From assembly GCA_019057375.1 (NCBI GenBank), contig DXJF01000101.1:1-18443 (forward strand): a stretch of 18,443 nucleotides of DNA, given 5' to 3'. The position numbers were made by a program, and so were the translations under genes. Positions 15,553 to 18,443 of this stretch are shown piece after piece. The notes beneath the pieces are model-generated. The model saw only the letters and a list, made by a program, of their open reading frames with translations. It had not been told where the DNA came from and did no database searches. The stretch comes from Candidatus Heimdallarchaeota archaeon (GTDB lineage: Archaea > Asgardarchaeota > Heimdallarchaeia > Heimdallarchaeales > Heimdallarchaeaceae). The first letter of the stretch is position 1, and every line of letters starts with the position of its first letter.

Positions 15553-16683
15553 TTAAAAAAATTGTGTTAAAGTTTTTTGATTATTATCTATTTTTCTTAA
15601 ATTAGATATTTTGATCCCTACCAGTCTTATGTCTTCAGGTTTTTTATTTTCAAATTCTTCTAGAAGTTTCTGAACTACAGTCCTAACAAGTTTTTCTGAG
15701 ATATTGTAACTGGATAGAGAATGTGCTCTAGTATAGGTTTCGAAGTTTTTAAAACGAATTTTTAGAGTTATTGTTTTAAAACTCATGTTTTTAACTCTCA
15801 TTCTTGCAATAATTGTGTCAATGGATGAATCAATTTGTACCCAAATATCTTCCCATTTTTGGTGTCTATTAAAGAAGGTTTTCTCTTCACTTATTGATTT
15901 TCTTTCATTAGAAACGAATTTATTTTCAGTATTTTCAGTATTGAAACCGTTCACTAGTTTCCATGTTTTAAGTCCATATTTACCAAATTTCTGGTAGACT
16001 AACTGGTATGGCAACTTAGCTAAATCACCACAAGTGTAAATTTTTTTCTTGCTGAAAGATTCAGCACTTTTCTTTCCTACTCCAGGTATGATGGTAATTT
16101 TTAGAGGTTCCATAAATTCTGTAATATCTAGAGGTTTTACAACAACTAATCCATCAGGTTTATCTGTTTCAGAAGCGATTTTTGCCAGTATTTTAGTGGG
16201 AGCAATACCTATTGAACAAGTTAAATGTTCTGTCGCAAAAATGTCATCCTTTAATTCCACAGCAAGTCTTCTTGCTTCTTCATAATCGGATACAATTTCA
16301 GTTAGATCAAGATAAGCTTCATCATTACCCGCTACTTTCATTGTAGGAGAATAATGTTTTACTATATTCATAATACTCTTGGAAACATCACTATACAGCT
16401 TATATGACCCTCTAACCATTGTTAAATGAGGACATAATCTTAGTGCTTGTGATATTGGCATACCTGAATGAATGCCATATTTTCTTGCTTTATAGTTACA
16501 AGTACTAACGACACCTTGTTTTGTTTTTGGATTTCCTCCAACAACAAGAGGTTTATCAGCTAAATCAGGATTCTCTCTTATTTCAACAGAAGCAAAAAAA
16601 GCATCTAAATCCATGTATAAAATGATAGAATCAAATGTTTGTTCCTTCTCGGAGAAATAAACGACTTGATTAGCAAGTGTCAT
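15553..16683 (-). CDS. dinB: Y-family DNA polymerase IV (DinB/Dpo4) with C-terminal PIP box
   Basis: YMDLDAFFASVE, STCNYKARKYGIHSGMP, DEAYLD, CSIGIAPTKILAKIAS...KPDGL, IPGVGKK, little-finger domain, and terminal QKTLTQFF. Confidence 0.96.
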   Translation of the reverse strand: MTLANQVVYFSEKEQTFDSIILYMDLDAFFASVEIRENPDLADKPLVVGGNPKTKQGVVSTCNYKARKYGIHSGMPISQALRLCPHLTMVRGSYKLYSDVSKSIMNIVKHYSPTMKVAGNDEAYLDLTEIVSDYEEARRLAVELKDDIFATEHLTCSIGIAPTKILAKIASETDKPDGLVVVKPLDITEFMEPLKITIIPGVGKKSAESFSKKKIYTCGDLAKLPYQLVYQKFGKYGLKTWKLVNGFNTENTENKFVSNERKSISEEKTFFNRHQKWEDIWVQIDSSIDTIIARMRVKNMSFKTITLKIRFKNFETYTRAHSLSSYNISEKLVRTVVQKLLEEFENKKPEDIRLVGIKISNLRKIDNNQKTLTQFF

Positions 16684-16705
16684 ATTATTTAATCATAGTC
16701 TTTTT

Positions 16706-16713
16706 AATATAAA
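16706..16713 (-). promoter_or_regulatory. Putative TATA box of dinB (probably leaderless transcript)
   Basis: Minus-strand TTTATATT lying 22 nt upstream of ATG 16683. Confidence 0.4.
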
Positions 16714-16719
16714 AAGTCC

Positions 16720-16740
16720 AAAAAATAAAAAATGAAAAAA
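16720..16740 (-). terminator. Oligo-T terminator of the PLD/LTD gene
   Basis: Minus strand reads TTTTTTCATTTTTTATTTTTT starting 4 nt after the TAA at 16745. Confidence 0.5.
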
Positions 16741-16744
16741 GGAT

Positions 16745-18443
16745 TTACCTTTTTCTTCTTCTAAAATGTAGTGCAGCTAAACCTACTATTCCTATCGCAG
16801 GCAATACAAACTCATAAGAAGTGAAACCTGGATCAGTGTCAACATATACAACCCCAGGATTTGGAGTATCAACTATGAAATCAGTGTTACAATTATTAGT
16901 GTCTTCATTCGCAGGATCTCTTTGTAAAGTTTTATCTGCATCTGTAGTAGAACCTGACCATGCAACAACGCCTGCTACACTTCCAGATCCCCAAGCAACA
17001 GCATCTTTTGTAACATCAGACGGATCTTTTAAACTAATATCATCGCCTGTATTAGCTAGTTGTATGTTACCTAAATTGTAATCAGCTGCTGGAGTTGTAA
17101 CACCTAATGCTGTCATCTCACTTTGATATATTGCTTTATCGTATGCAAATATCAATATGTCATCCGAATCTATTTGTGCTTCTTCTGGTAGGATGTAATT
17201 ACCCTCGTTGTCTGTTAGTTTCCAGTTTTCAAGGTAAATATTAAAATCAAATGCATTATAAATCTCAACAAATTCCCCTTCAGGTTCATCGTCAGCATCA
17301 TATCGAATTTCAGTAATGAATAGTTTCCATCCTACTTCATTGATTATGTTAATCTTCTTCACAACTTCAATTGGATCTCCCACAGTAGGAGTTCCTACAA
17401 CTTTAATATTGTGGATACCATCGGTATATGTATCAGTATTGATGCTAGTACTGACTATTCCAGTTGGATTACTCCAGATATGAACAGATGTACCATCAAT
17501 AAAAAGTTCTCCAGCTGTGTATGTGTTGATTGCAAATGATGCCTGGAACAAGAAGCTTCCTGAGGCTATTCCTCCAACTTTTGGAGATACTAAAGCAACT
17601 GGAGCTGCAAAACCAACAGGTGTTTCACTATTAGCCCAATCATAATCAAATACATCTTTGAAATATGTTGCAACATTAGCATTTTTTACGATAGCTCCTG
17701 CTTCTCTGTTATTTTCAATTGAATTGTTAGACCAGTTGATACTTGAAACTTGAACAGTTTCGCCATCAACAGAAACATATTTGTTATGATCATACATCCC
17801 TTTGAAAAACTTAACTTGAACACCACTGTTGATTAAAGTTTCTGTAACATTTTCAGTTGATGAGTCTGGTTCTGGTATAAGAACTCTTATTGAAACCCCT
17901 CTCAGAGCAGCGTCAATAACATCATTGAGTAAATCACAATCAAACTTGATATATTGAAGTTCTAAATCGATACTAGTAGTTGCTGATTGAATTAAGTTAG
18001 AAAGTAATTCAAAACTGTTATCTGGAGAGAAAATAGGTGTCACTTCAGCATATTCAACGAAGGTAGATGGAGAAAATGGGTGCTCATAAGTTCCACTAGT
18101 TTCAGGAGCTTGAAGGTTTCCTGTATGTCCAATTGCAGAATCGTAAGCGGTAGAGATAAACCCATCAGCAATGAAGACACCTTCAAAGTATAATGCAATT
18201 TCTGCATCATTAAAAACAAATCCCATCTCTCTATTAGTTCTTGCTACAGGTTCTTCAGGAATACTTGAAGGTGCCCAGTTTCCAGAGTATACATAAACTT
18301 CTTGACTATCAACAATCCAGAATTTAGCGTGTGTAAAAGTGAAAGAACTACTTGTCCAGTAAACATCAATTCCTGCATTATCTAGTCTCCAAGCAGCTTC
18401 TTCGGTGTATTCATCTTCATAGCTATTAACACGATCATCAGAA
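16745..18443 (-). CDS. Cell-surface phospholipase D-superfamily protein (two HKD motifs) with Ig-like and lamin-tail domains and PGF-CTERM-like anchor; 5' end beyond the right edge
   Basis: The frame stays open upstream of the track's ATG 18226 to the window edge (...FTHAKFWIVDSQEVYVYSGNWAPSS...NREMG). HKD1 is at 18308-18331 and HKD2 (HNKYVSVD..SSINWS..NREAG) at 17765-17788. LTD signature LFITEIRYD..EFVEIYN..LENWKL..LANTGDDISL. C-terminus DPGF-hydrophobic helix-RRRKR. Confidence 0.86.
   Translation of the reverse strand, partial: SDDRVNSYEDEYTEEAAWRLDNAGIDVYWTSSSFTFTHAKFWIVDSQEVYVYSGNWAPSSIPEEPVARTNREMGFVFNDAEIALYFEGVFIADGFISTAYDSAIGHTGNLQAPETSGTYEHPFSPSTFVEYAEVTPIFSPDNSFELLSNLIQSATTSIDLELQYIKFDCDLLNDVIDAALRGVSIRVLIPEPDSSTENVTETLINSGVQVKFFKGMYDHNKYVSVDGETVQVSSINWSNNSIENNREAGAIVKNANVATYFKDVFDYDWANSETPVGFAAPVALVSPKVGGIASGSFLFQASFAINTYTAGELFIDGTSVHIWSNPTGIVSTSINTDTYTDGIHNIKVVGTPTVGDPIEVVKKINIINEVGWKLFITEIRYDADDEPEGEFVEIYNAFDFNIYLENWKLTDNEGNYILPEEAQIDSDDILIFAYDKAIYQSEMTALGVTTPAADYNLGNIQLANTGDDISLKDPSDVTKDAVAWGSGSVAGVVAWSGSTTDADKTLQRDPANEDTNNCNTDFIVDTPNPGVVYVDTDPGFTSYEFVLPAIGIVGLAALHFRRRKR

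Noticed and set aside
10591-17081. Remaining short ORFs (10591-10824, 11954-12160, 12258-12494, 15785-15997, 16049-16285, 16821-17081)
   Set aside because: All lie antisense within well-supported genes and lack independent motifs.
1-18443. CRISPR arrays, tRNA/rRNA genes, transposases, integrases, long DNA repeats
   Set aside because: None were recognised by eye. Intergenic gaps are short (at most ~220 bp) and explained by promoters and terminators. A covariance-model search was not run, so small ncRNAs are not excluded.

Overview
AT-rich archaeal chromosomal segment, most consistent with an Asgard (Heimdallarchaeia-like) archaeon. This assignment is inferred from a eukaryote-like primase pair, archaeal TFB/AlaRS/SepF and a PCI-like winged-helix array protein. 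It holds 13 protein genes, two of them truncated by the window edges and absent from or under-called by the ORF track: a tandem winged-helix protein (1-1250, -), glnA, a pyruvoyl-dependent arginine decarboxylase, a heavily N-glycosylated surface protein, a degenerate GH57-like protein, TFB, SepF, AlaRS, an Eis-type GNAT, priS, priL, dinB, and a membrane-anchored double-HKD phospholipase D-superfamily/lamin-tail protein (16745-18443, -). No rRNA, tRNA, CRISPR array or mobile element was recognised. The most striking observation is a ~57-aa four-cysteine zinc module inside the primase catalytic subunit that closely resembles the insertion domain of archaeal glycyl-tRNA synthetase. It lies in a probable dinB-priL-priS operon whose primase subunits are eukaryote-like. 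All family comparisons are from recalled consensus motifs, not database searches.
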